This document shows, one piece after another, positions 12,454 through 24,129 of a stretch of DNA of 64,000 nt. Where the stretch lies: contig NC_072740.1 of the NCBI RefSeq assembly GCF_026930045.1, forward strand, positions 29,428,384 to 29,492,383, in the 5' to 3' direction. The DNA is from Uloborus diversus. Its lineage: Eukaryota. The position numbers were made by a program, and so were the translations under genes. Within the stretch, counting starts at the first letter, position 1. Each line of letters opens with the position of its first letter. Under the pieces are notes generated by a model that made no database searches, had not been told where the DNA came from, and was given only the letters and a program-made list of their open reading frames with translations.

Positions 12454-14935
12454 ATGGACAAATTTGTTACCAAAAAGGCACGTTTGGAAGTTACTGCAGA
12501 AGAAGACCATACTGCAAGTCAACCACCTGCAATTATTGTGCCTGCTTCATCGTCATCGGGCGAGAACGGTTCACAGCGGAAAACCTGGACAATCCGCTAA
12601 GGGAAGATCATTTCAGAAGTCTTGGTTGAACAAATATACATGGCTAGAATATGAAGCTTCAACTGAAAAAGTTTTTTGCAAAACCTGCAAAGAGGCAGAT
12701 GCTAAAATGCTATTACAATTTTCTTCAAAAAAAGAAGAAGCCTTTATTTCCATAGGATTTTCTAACTGGAAAAGGACTTTGCAAAAATTCTGTTTTCATG
12801 AAAATACGTTTATGCACAAAGGAGTTCTGAACCTGAATTCTATTAATAACCGAAGCGTGGCCTCCCAATTAAATGAACTGTTAGATAGTGAAATTAAGAA
12901 AAGCCGTTTAGCTCTGGAGACAATTTTTACTACCATGCAATTTCTATGCCGACAAGGACTAGCATTCAGAGGGCACGAAGATATACACTCAAATTTTTTT
13001 TCAATTGTTAGAACTCCAAAAGAATGACGTATCCGAGTTAAAAGTTTGGTTAGGGCGTTCGGGGTACAAGTGGATGTTCCACGATATTCAAAACGAGATC
13101 ATTAATATTCTAGGAAAGTCTGTGTTGAGAAAGGTATTGGCTTTGATCAAGAAGACTGAACATTTTTCTATTACGGTTGACGAAACAAGTAATTCTTCAA
13201 TTCACGAACAAGTGTCATTTTGTATTCGTACTGTCGATGATTCCTTAATCATCAACGAAGACTTCATTGGCTTATACGAGACCCCCAACACTGAATCGCA
13301 AACTCTGTTTAGTATTTTAAAAGACTTTTTGCTTGTCTTGATTTATCAATGGATAACATAAGAGGACAGTGCTATGATGGTGTTGCGAATGTGAGAGGTA
13401 AGTTCATAGGACTAAAAAAGTTGGTTTTGGATGCACAACCAAAGGCACTTTACGTGCATTGCACTGCTCACAGTTTAAACTTGGCAGTTGTAGACAGTTT
13501 CCGCCATCTTACGTCTATGAGGGATATTATGGCTTTAGCCAAGGACTTAATAAAAACCATAAGGGGGATATAACCCAAAAAGATGGGACTTTTCAGAAGC
13601 ATACGCTGTGAGAATGCCAACGACCAAGCTGGTCTACGACCCCTTTGCCCGACTCGATGGACGATGCGAGCTTCTAGTATCTTGAGAATATTGAAATGCT
13701 TTGATGAACTTTTACAGTTTTTTGAATGCACAACCAAAGGCACTTTACGTGCATTGCACTGCTCACAGTTTAAACTTGGCAGTTGTAGACAGTTTCCGCC
13801 ATCTTACGTCTATGAGGGATATTATGGCTTTAGCCAAGGACTTAATAAAAACCATAAGGGGGATATAACCCAAAAAGATGGGACTTTTCAGAAGCATACG
13901 CTGTGAGAATGCCAACGACCAAGCTGGTCTACGACCCCTTTGCCCGACTCGATGGACGATGCGAGCTTCTAGTATCTTGAGAATATTGAAATGCTTTGAT
14001 GAACTTTTACAGTTTTTTGAAACATTTTCTGCTAAAGATGAAACAGAGGCAGATTACAAATGTACAGGGTACCTTGAGTCAATGTTACAATTCAAGACTT
14101 ATTTCCTTTTACGTCTTTATTGCCATGCAATGAACTCAGTTGAGGATGTCAATGAAAAAATTCAATGCCCTCATCTAAGTGTTGCTAGTCTAGAAAAAAT
14201 ATATGAGGGCCTGATTTGTGTATGGAATGGTAGGCGTGATAGTTTTGAACACTTTTGGGAATTGTGTTTAAAAGAAAAACTTCGCAAGTTGATGATACTT
14301 CGCTTCCTCGGAGTCGACGTATGCCAAAGAAATATGAAAACGACGATGCCAGCTCACCGCACATTTTCGAAGCCCCAAAAGAGTTCTACAAAGCAATTTA
14401 CATTGAAGTTTGTGAAACGGTGCAATCTTGCATTACTGAGCAGTTTGCATCAACTGGACTTACACAGGTCATTGCAGTTGAACAAGAGTGCTTGCTTTTA
14501 GTAAACAGAGCTGAAACAAATTTTGAAAAATCAACTGAGTTTTTCAAAAATGACCTAGACATTGAGAGACTGTGGTTACACTTGAATATGTTAGCCGATA
14601 TTACTAGTAAAAAGCAACTAGTCTTAAAAGACATGGGTGATGTAAGAAAGTACATTACACAACAGCCTGCAGTTGGAGAAATGTTATGTGAAATAGTAAA
14701 GTGCATTAAGCTTCTTCAAGTAGTTCCAATCTCGACAGCAACAGCAGAATGGTCATTTAGCACCCTAAAACGTCTGAAGTCATATCTTCGATCAACAATG
14801 GGGCAGAAGCGATTGAACAACTTGGCTGTTCTTCATGCCCACCAAGATGTTTTGGATGAATTGGATATCCGACCACTCATCAACGACTTCATATTCAGTA
14901 ATCCAGTCAGACAATCAACATTTGCCCCTTTCTAA
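12454..14935 (+). pseudogene. hAT-superfamily transposase (TTF-type zinc finger + DUF4371-like + hAT C-terminal dimerisation domain; ZMYM1/Charlie-Buster-like), frameshifted
   Basis: Four consecutive six-frame ORFs (12431-13027, 13005-13361, 13349-13573 and 13878-14935) carry the pieces in order. (1) The first has a zinc-finger segment WLNKYTWLEYEASTEKVFCKTCKE ... FSNWKR ... H. (2) The second has a DUF4371-like block ELQKNDVSELKVWLGRSGYKWMFHDIQNEIINILGKSVLRKVLALIKKTEHFSITVDETSNSSIHEQVSFCIRTVD. (3) The fourth carries the C-terminal motif ATAEWSFSTLKRLKSYLRSTMGQKRLNNLAVLHAHQD, typical of hAT dimerisation domains. The pieces sit in different frames, so there are at least three frameshifts. The initiator ATG lies at 12454. 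Confidence 0.7.
13432..14021 (+). repeat. Internal tandem duplication, 2 x 295 bp, inside the transposase gene
   Basis: The segment TGCACAACCAAAGGCACTTTACGTGCATTGCACTGCTCAC ... CAGTTTTTTGAA occurs twice head to tail (13432-13726 and 13727-14021). Two ORFs therefore start with the identical peptide MGLFRSIRCENANDQAGLRPLCPTRWTMRASSILRILKCFDELLQFFE. Confidence 0.85.
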
Positions 14936-15690
14936 AAACACTCTAGCCCTAATAATGGTATTTGCAGTAAAATTGAAAGTCTTTATAAAATCAATAAATG
15001 CGTACAGAATGTTAAATTTTCAGCATCGAAATATTTACTCTTACTTATTATATTACTATATTACTATTGTACTGTATTAATTATTTTCAAATACTTAAAT
15101 ATTTTTAGGGTGTAAGACCCAATCAAAACTCGCTATTTATGTACTTTTTGACTGAAAGTATTAGGCATACTGTACTAACTTTATCAACTGTATTAAAGCA
15201 TTAACTTTGAGATATTGTATTTCTTTAATGAACCATGAGCCTATTCAAAGTAAGCTTAAATTAGCTGTTGCACTTATTAATTTCAGTGCTATTACTAGGC
15301 AATAGCAATATTTTATGTTTTATTCTTTCAATGATAGTTTAGGATTAATTTTAATAATTCAGTCTTTTCTGAGCTATATATTCAGCGCTTTGTAATAGTC
15401 TATATGCATAATTTTTACTGTAAATTAAACTAGCATTTTACAAAAATACCATTCATGTTTTCGTATTTTTTTTCTTTTCAAAGCTAAAAAATGTATTAGT
15501 CTTGTCGAGTTTTCAGGGTTTTAATTTTGATCACATGATTCTAAATTGCTTTAAAAAAATCCCTGTAAAACTCACTAATTTTCAACTAAAATTTAGAAAA
15601 TTTCCCGGAGCAAGACACTTGGTATTTAGAAAGAAATACTTAATTAATAGTATAGTAAAATTTGGCCAAAAAATGGCCAATCCCAAGCAT

Positions 15691-15692
<2 letters not shown>

Positions 15693-15733
<41 letters not shown>
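15693..15733. repeat. poly(A)41 inside the 3' part of the hAT-carrying element
   Basis: An uninterrupted A run. It is in frame in ORF 15502-15801 as poly-Lys, which is spurious. Confidence 0.9.
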
Positions 15734-15736
<3 letters not shown>

Positions 15737-17689
15737 GCCCCCTCAATATTTTTTATAAGTCGGCGCCCCTGTGTGATTGCAGTCGACGGTCGATAGTTTG
15801 AAAAAATTGTTATGTAATTTTGTTCAAATTCGAAAAATTATGATGTAATGTTCAATTTTTGATTCATGGGCTTGCTATCTGCAGTGCCAACTATTGAAAA
15901 ATTTATGAACTAAAATTTACCGCTTTGCTGGGAAAAAAATTATGGCCCGCCACATGAATTTTCTGCAAGAATTATATTTTTATCATTAACCGTTTTTATG
16001 TACTAATTTTTTCAAAACATTCGGTCTTTTTCAGGACACCCTGTATAACTTGTTTTTGTAACTATGTTAAATTGTGTGGAAAAAGATTTACGAAAACTTG
16101 GTTTTTACATACTACAACAAGAAAAGTACATTATAGAAAGTATAGGCAGCTGGTGCACGAGAAAAGTGGGCTTCAAAAGAAGTGAGGGGCTGGGGGTCAG
16201 GAAGTGTAACCCCTGAAGCTGATTTTTTTTTTGTAAAACTGCGTTATACAAGTGGTTTTTAACACTATTGATAAAATAACTTCTAAGAATATGAAATATG
16301 TCATCCAAAATTTGGATCAATGACCACTGTAGACTTTCCCCGAGTCTGCCCACGTTTGGAGTACTTTTTTTCAAAAAATTCAGATATTGAATTAGTTTTT
16401 TTTTTTAAACTGAAAACTGATTCAAAGTTGGAAAACAAACGAAAAAATAATTATTTGCTCAAAAAGATTTTAAAAATGAAAAATTTGAGCACAAATTAAG
16501 CGAATTTTGCAGTTTACCGCCAACTACTCTAAACTCGTTTCAACTCATTATGTTTAAACGTTCTTTCTAATGTAAGTTGATACATTACTTACCTGTGTTT
16601 TGAACTAAAAGCTTCATACCAGTCCCAAAATTTAGAAAAATGTATCAATTTTATTGAAATTCAAAGATTTTTCTTTGGAAAAATCCTTAATTTTTCGCAG
16701 TTAAATACCCGTAAAAATTCAAAATGCTGACCTAGAGCTTAGATTATTGTTCAAAACATAGCTAGCAATCTGGGAAACATTATTTGAAAAAATCAGATTA
16801 ATTGGTATAAAACTTTTGGAGTTATGAGATTTGTCCTAAATGAAAATATCGAAAAAAGTAGTTTCTCAGAAAATGCATTTAAAGATTTTAATATCAATGT
16901 ATTTGATAATTTTTGAGACTAAAATTCTCAATTATAGTAGCTAAAACATTCTTTGACTATACTTGTCAAATATGTACTTTTCTTAAAGTTTTTCCTTTTT
17001 CCTGGTTTTTTGGGTCCATAGGGTCTTTAAGTTAAACTTCCGGTTCTTATGGCATCACTTCCAGTGTACTTAATTGGCTCTAACTTCGTTTTTAATTATT
17101 GCAAAAACAAAATATTAACAATTTTAGGGTCCCAAAAAAATATTTTTTTAAAATATAGACTAAAATTAAAACCTTTTTTGATCAAAATGGTCATTTTAGG
17201 GTATGCAGAGCCCTTAGTTCCATTCTTATGAAATAAAATGAAAAATGTTCATTTATTTGAAATGTTTAGTTTTTAGCTTCGTGAAATATACAAATCCACC
17301 ATTTAATATTTTTTTTCTTCAATCGGTCATTAATTATCTCTGAAAAGTGAGGGGCAAGGACACTTTTCTTTTCAAAGTGAGTTGGCAGTTACCCCTTTGT
17401 CCCTCATTCAAGCTGCCTATGATGACAATGACTGACAAAAAACCTTGCACTAATATTTGTGAACATGGTATTAAAATCTGTTCGCTAATCACAACAGCGT
17501 AACATGGGCATGATTTGTTGCAGCTATCGACACTGTCGACCAGCGCCCTCTCGAAGAGTTAACTTACCCCACCGCCTATTAGGAATTCAATTCATAGAAC
17601 TAAACTTACCCCGCCATGTATTAAGAATTCATAGAACTAAACAATTATCTAAACATTTAATTTGCAATTTCAAATATTTTGGTCAATCT

Positions 17690-18440
17690 GATTTAAAAAA
17701 AAATAGCCTATAGCCTTCCTCAATAAATGAACTATTCAGCAGTAAAAGAATTTTTCAATTCAAACCAGTAGTTCCTGAGATTAGCGAGTTCAAACTAACA
17801 AACTGTTCAGCTTTATAATATTAGTATAAATATAAATTTTCCTATGTTCATAACATTTTTTGTTGCTGCTGGACTCCTATTAGTCATAGCCTGATGTTAT
17901 ATAGTCTATAGCCTTCCTCAATGAATAGACTATTCAACACTAAAAGAATTTTTCAATTTGAACCAGTAGTTCCTGAGTTTAGCGTGTTTAAACAATAAAA
18001 TTCTTCAGCTTTATATTATTAGTTAATTAATAAGAAAATTAAGACTGATACGTATGTGTATATATATATATATTTTTTCATAAATCATTTTTAGCATCGT
18101 TTAGGATTTTCTCTGAAAAGTACCCTCAAGATATGTCTCATGGCTGACGTGAACCTACGCCCACTGGATCGCAAAGCCCGCACTTTCAGGTTGAGCCACC
18201 GTGGCTATGCATATTCTGCGTTCCAAGCATTTTATATTATAAATTTTCCTGTTTTCATAAAAGTTTTATTACTGCTCCACTCTTATTAGTCATAGCATGA
18301 TGTTATATAGCCAAAAGCCTTCCTCAATGAATGGACTATTCAACACAAAAAGAATTTTTCAATTCAAGCCAGTAGTTCCTGAGATTAGCACGTCCAAAGA
18401 AAAACTCTACAGCTTTATACAGTTGAACCCCGATTTGACG
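17690..18440. repeat. Tandem array, about 190 bp unit x3 (..TATAGCCTTCCTCAATGAATRGACTATTCAACAC..CCAGTAGTTCCTGAGWTTAGC..CAGCTTTATA..)
   Basis: Three copies begin at about 17705, 17895 and 18290. The third is separated from the second by a 180 bp insertion that contains (TA)n and a tRNA-like segment. Confidence 0.6.
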
Positions 18441-19364
18441 AATTCACGGGGACCGAAACTTTTATACATTAAATCAGGGTTATTCATAATATCAGGATGA
18501 GAAAAATTAAAAAAAAAAAAAAGCACTTACCTTATCTTAAACCCCTAATAAGTAACTGCGCAAAAATGACCATAATTAGAAAGTGTGCACTTTTTATTCA
18601 GCATTCCACGATTCCATGACTTATCACACGCTACTTAATTTGAAATTTTAAACTACTGAGTAATAAATGTTTGACAATTTCCTTGATACTTGACTCGAAA
18701 TAGTTCTTTTTCAACTTTATGGAGAAAAGAAAACACCCTGTCTTTTGCAGCCTGCTGCATGAGATATGTTTTTAGTTTCGAGAACAAGAAAAGCATTTGA
18801 AAAAGTAAGTTTTAATTGGAGTTTCACTATTGCTTTCTGCATCAGAACCACTACTCGTTAGTTGCCCCTCACCCTCGCCTGTCAAAAATTACTGATTCCA
18901 AGAAAAGTCTTTTTCTGCTTCGGATAATCCAATATTCCCAATCCAATATTTCCTAGCTCCAATTAACAAAATGATTTTTTTTCGGCTGTTAAAATAATTC
19001 GTTATTTTGGGGTTCATTATTCGCTAAATAGGGGTTTTTGCCGTCATTTCAGTCGGGGGAAAAAGAAGAATTCATTAAATAGAGGTCCGACTGTATTATT
19101 AGTATAGATTGTTAATCAAAAAAAAAAATTTGCATCATTAAACTTTTAAAAATCTTTTCCATTAAGACATATGTAATTGTATTTAATTCATTTTATTGCA
19201 TTAATTAAATTTTTATTTGGTTCATTTAAAATGAACTAATTGCTTGAACAACTCATAGTCACTTGATTAAAATATAAATTTAAAACTCAATGTCTCGAAA
19301 CTTATCTTTCTTGAATTTCATTTCTGTCCCTTTGACATTCAAGATAGACATCTTCAACTGTATA

Positions 19365-21348
19365 CAGGGTGTTCCATTTTAACCTGCAAGACCTTTATTT
19401 TCGCAACCCTTAGTCCTGGATGTATATTTCTATTCGCAAAAATGTTCAAAATCAGATGAAGAGTTATATTGAAAGTTTGAAACAAAAATAAAAATGAGTC
19501 AAATAATACAAAATTTAACTTTTGTATACGGCCCCTAGGTCCCCTAATTAATAGGTATTCCAGTTTAAAGTTTTAAGTGACCATACAGAAGATGAGATTG
19601 GAACTTATCGCTCTGTCAAAAGAATGACAGGTCATCAAAGTAAGAAAAACAAGGTATTCGTATTTTTCATTGCTATTTAAAAAAAAATTAAAATGTTATG
19701 CCGTGATATGCCAAAACACACTGCAAAACCTGGAACAATTTGAAAAACCACACTCTGTGCACACATATAATTTTAAACACTTATTAACTCTGGGATGAGA
19801 TTTTTCCGGCTTTTGCCGGAATTCTGGCTTTTTCTGTTCACTTTTAGAACCTTTCCTCCTTTTCCTCCTTTTTTTGCCTCTTTCAAGCCTTATTTTTCTC
19901 AAAAATCGGAAAAAAATACGTTTTTTTTCAAATTTTCGGTCCTCGATTTCTTATTTTTTCTACTTTTCTCCTGCGAATCTTCATCCTCCGCGATATCTGC
20001 CAAAACCGTATGTTTTGGAATCATGCCAACGATGTCAAACACGTGCTGCTCCGAAATTTGCATGCCTTGTATGAGATTTCAATCTTTTTGCATCCTGCAA
20101 GTATTTTAATTATTTTTAATGTTGAGTGTTTTTCACTATATGCTACCTTATATCTGCTTATTTTATTCATCATTTCAATAATATTTTTATCTCTTTAATT
20201 TATTTTGGAAAAAATGCAAAAGTCAAAACAAAAAATGTGGCATAACACTCACAGTCTCAAATTTTATTGAAACTTGGCATGGTTACTTTTTTGTGTATTT
20301 AAGAAAGTGTAAAAAATATTCATGGTGAATCTCAAACTGTTTAGGCTTTACAGCCTGTTAAAATTTTGAGATTTCATGATTAAATGAGGCGTCTGAAAGT
20401 TGTTCTTTTGATTCCGAAATTGTATTAGGAAGTTTTTATAGACAAATTTTGGGTTCCAGTGCAAGGAAAAAGATAACCAATTGTTTATATACATGTATAT
20501 TTATTTATTTTCAATTCTTACTATGAAAAGTATGTTCTACAACATAAAGAAATTTTAGATTTTTCTCTCCGTTGTAAATTTTTACTTCACAAACAGACCC
20601 GAATTTTAAAATTTATGTTCTGACTCGTTTAACACTATAAACTCAAACGGTTTTAATGAAAAAAATGTATTTTTCTCTAAAAAATATGAAAAGTTGACAC
20701 TATTGTGTGACACAGCCAAGATTGACCTCTGACTCCCCAACCCTTTGTTCAATAGCTCAGAGGTTAGAAATTGTTGCCTCTTTTTCAAAATTTAGATTTA
20801 TTTATTAATAAACACTCTTGCAAGAAATGGTACAATGCAGCAAACTGTACAAAATTATTACTTTTACTTAATTAAATAGGTATTACCTTTAAAACTGGTA
20901 AATTTGCCATTTTTTATTGAATTTTTGAAAATCATGACTTCCAGGTTCTATATTGATGCTGTTTTGGGTATCATCCCTTTTACGAAATTTTTTTGGATTT
21001 CTTCCTTTTTGCTCTCTGACCACTCTCATCCCTGTAACTGCTATATTTCCCCCCAAAAGGTGTTGGTGATGGCTAGTGGTGTAAGTCACAAAACGCTGAG
21101 TTTTACATCTTGGTGAACATTGATGCTACTAATTTCAAATTTTTTATGTTGGAATCATAATTTAATGGAGATTTTTTCCCTAAATATAAGTAAAAAGTTA
21201 AATTTTGTATTTTTTGACTTATTTTTACTTCAAATGTTCGATATCTTATCTCTGCATCTGATTTTGAACATTTTTGCAATTAAAAGTATACATCTAGGAC
21301 TAACGCTTGCAAAAATAAAGGTCTTGCATGTTAAAACAGAACACCTTG
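19365..21348. mobile_element. Non-autonomous 2.0 kb long-TIR element of the CAGGGTG family
   Basis: TIRs of about 95 bp match in inverse orientation. The left TIR is CAGGGTGTTCCATTTTAACCTGCAAGACCTTTATTTTCGCAACCCTTAGTCCTGGATGTATA... and the right one ends ...ACACCTTG. TA flanks both ends. Internal ORFs are low-complexity with no recognisable domain. Confidence 0.6.
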
Positions 21349-22132
21349 TAAAGGTGTGTTAGAGGGGTTGTGTTTTTTATAAGCATTATCAAAAGTTACT
21401 GCGAATTCCTAATGCTACAAAGATTTTCTCTAATTAATAGTACAATATGCTGTTTGATATTTTAAATAATATTTAGTATGTCACCTTCTTATAATATGTT
21501 TAACTAAACATTCTTCCGTTAGCTCTGTGCCAAAACATTCAAATTTCAAGACTAATGCTTTGCTCTCTGAAATGTACTGACTATTCTGTTAATGATCTTG
21601 TGTTAGTGAAATTCGTAAACAAATTATCGTAATAACAGGAAGGACTAAAGATCCAATTGAAACGTAACTTAATTATTTAGTTTACAAAACACTCATTAGG
21701 TTGTGAATATTTTGTGACCTCTGGAAATAGTCCTGATTTTGTCCATGCTTATTTTTTTTTTCACTTGTTACTATACCAAAAAGCTGCATGTGTCCATGTC
21801 ATAAGCAAGTAAAGCATTAAATACAAACCTACTTTCAGTTCTGCGGGTTGGTAAACTGATGGTAAGTTGCCCCAGTTAGGTTGAAACACAAAGTTCCATT
21901 TTTCATCATGATAATTCACATACCCATTTTACCATTTTCAAAATTTTGACACTGATTGGAAATTCAAAATATTCCGAAAATAATGCTGTGACTGTGTCAA
22001 ATTTATAGTATAGGGTTTTGATTTTTTTTTAACTCCCATACATTTAAAACAGATGTGAAACTAATTAAAAGTTGTGATAACTGAAAAATAAAGTGTCAAC
22101 TGCTTATCATATCGTTAATTTCTCTGTTTTAA

Positions 22133-22831
22133 GGGGGTCCGGGACACAAAAATCCTCAAATTTTGCAATTTTTTTTTATAATTTGAAAAATTGCTTCGTT
22201 TTTTTCCTGCTTAAGAGGACGTTTGAATCTTGTTTCTACCTTAAATAGAACGAAAGTTATAGTTATTTTTGTTGCATGCATCTAACGAATGTGTACATGA
22301 CTTTAAAACTTTAAACGCGTTTTTCTCCATGATGCAATTTTTCCCGATTTCTTGCATTCAAACTCTTATAAGTCAGGAACCGATAGAGATAAAGTAATGA
22401 AACTTGGAGCATATCTTTTTCGAGCAATTTACTTTAATTTTTATTCGGCGAATTTGAAAAAAACGTTTACTGCAAAAATTATGATTTTTTTAAAAAAAAG
22501 TATCTTCGAATTTTTCGAAATTTTTCTTCAAATATTTTTTATTTTTTATTGAATCAATATTTTTAAAATCGCCGAATAAAAATTAAAGCTTAGATATTTG
22601 TGCATACTTTTTTGAAAAAAAATTGAAAATTGACCAACAATATTTTGAGTTATAGCAATTTAAAGCAACCCCATTTTTTTGAAAAAAACTAATTAAATTT
22701 AAATAAAAAATATTTTTTTTTCATGTTTATGTTATGATTTTGCTTATTAAATAAATGATGAATCAGTTCAAAAAATTTCAAAACTCTAAAGTACATAATA
22801 AAAAAAATTTCAAAATGTGTCCCGGACCCCC
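22133..22831. mobile_element. piggyBac-like MITE (TTAA-flanked, TIR GGGGGTCCGGGACACA)
   Basis: The left end reads TTAA|GGGGGTCCGGGACACAAAAATCC and the right end reads ...TGTGTCCCGGACCCCC|TTAA. This is a perfect 16 bp TIR with TTAA on both sides (22129-22132 and 22832-22835). The element is 699 bp with no transposase. Confidence 0.6.
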
Positions 22832-22917
22832 TTAATGATATGTTCAAAAAAAAAAAAAAAACTAATGATCATTTGCATTTAATTATCTTTTGTTCAATTT
22901 TTTTTTTTTTTTTGCAG

Positions 22918-22983
22918 AACTCCCAGATGAAATATCTCAAGCCATATCTGTACCTTTAGAAGCAGCATTTGCTTCTCCTCCAA
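22918..22983 (+). CDS. TEP1-like gene, N-terminal repeat micro-exon A (..LPDEISQAISVPLEAAFASPP..)
   Basis: The exon is bounded by acceptor tttttgcag| and donor |gtaaat. Only one frame is open across it. It encodes a short Ala/Pro-rich module similar to exons B-E, and its phase (2 nt carried in, 1 nt carried out) joins cleanly to exon B. Confidence 0.4.
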
Positions 22984-23643
22984 GTAAATATTAAAAAAAA
23001 AGTTTTTACCTTTGATTAAATATTTGGAATATCAAGGTGCAACTTCAACAAATTGATAGATATGACTTTTATTGGAACTTACTTTTAACACATACTGTTG
23101 CTGCTAATAAAAAATGTTACATTAGTAACAGAATTACGTTAATTTCGGAGTATGTATGTGGAGCTGCTAAAATGAAGTAGTTTGCTGAAACATTAAATTT
23201 TAACACTTGACCTTGGGAAAAGTACTCTGTTATTGGCTATTTTTTGGCCTCTTAAGTAGGTCGTAGAGAAAGCAGCATTGTGCTTCATCAGGTAAAAGGA
23301 AAGCTTGTTTATAGTGATTTGACTGCATTGATTTCTAGAGTATGCAATTATGCGTGTGGAATTGGTAAAAATAAGTATTTGATGAAAACTGAAATTTTGA
23401 AATTGACATTTGTTAGTTATGACTGTTAGATATTTACACTCTGTCATGGACCATTAATTGACCTCATAAATTAGATCTACCAAAAGCAACGTTGGCCTTC
23501 ACCAGTTTGCTGTACCTTTTTTTTTGTGTTTAAAAATAATTCTATTTTTAAAACTTTATTTATTATTTAAGTAAAGAGAAAGAATAATCTAGCAACTTGC
23601 CAGTAAGAGTGCTGGCAAGTAACTGTGCTGACTGTAGAGTACG

Positions 23644-24129
23644 TACAGTAAAACCTTGTTTATCTAGGTATTTAGGTCTTCAGATTATCTGGATCAAATT
23701 TATTGACTTAAAAAAAGTATGTTCATATTGATAATTTTAAATAATGAGTGTTAAGAACGTAACTATAAGTGTGTCAAACATTTGCTTTTTATTTTGATTA
23801 AATGTACAGCTTCTGCTTAGTTTTTGCTATGAGTTATGGTGCAATACAAAACCTCTGCAACTGAACTTGATGCAAAAGCTTTAATTTTGACTGCATTTTT
23901 CAAACGATGCACGTTTTAGAATTGGAAGACTATAAACTAATTTTTTGTTAAGAACGATGTGAAGGATATTTTGATATTTTTTATGTCTTGCAACTATTTA
24001 ATTTTGCTACAAAATAGGTTTTTGTCATAATGAACTGTAAGTCTGTTGCTTATTTCTTAACCACCGCTGTTATCCGTAATTTTGATCATCCAGATTGTCT
24101 TTAGCCTAGATAAACGAGGTTGTAATGTA
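23644..24129. mobile_element. Tc1/mariner-type MITE (TIR TACAGTAAAACCTTGTTTATCTAGG)
   Basis: A TIR of about 25 bp at 23644 is matched in inverse orientation at 24105-24129 (CCTAGATAAACGAGGTTGTAATGTA). Both ends are flanked by TA. Solo copies of the same terminus (..ATAAACGAGGTTTGACTGTATA) occur at 4325-4345 and 5020-5045. Confidence 0.55.

Larger units (their letters stand above)
11783..16043. mobile_element. 4.3 kb long-TIR DNA transposon carrying a hAT/ZMYM1-type transposase pseudogene
   Basis: Terminal inverted repeats of about 160 bp are present at 11783-11945 and at 15890-16043 read as reverse complement. They match base for base over most of their length and start CAGGGTGTCCTGAAA (a hAT-like YARNG terminus). 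TA dinucleotides flank both ends. No 8 bp TSD is recognisable. Confidence 0.7.

Noticed and set aside
15502-15801. ORF encoding a poly-lysine stretch
   Set aside because: It is an artefact of reading the A41 homopolymer in frame. It lies in the non-coding 3' part of the hAT-carrying element.
11781-16045. 8 bp target-site duplication for the hAT-transposase-bearing element
   Set aside because: The 8 bp flanks immediately outside the CAGGGTG termini (ggtatgta and tataactt) do not match. Only a TA dinucleotide is shared, and that could be chance in AT-rich DNA. The TSD type is left unresolved rather than asserted.
19795-20198. ORFs 19795-20109, 19874-20074 and 20010-20198 inside the 2 kb long-TIR element
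   Set aside because: They are Phe/Leu/Ser-rich low-complexity sequence with no transposase motifs. The element is treated as non-autonomous.
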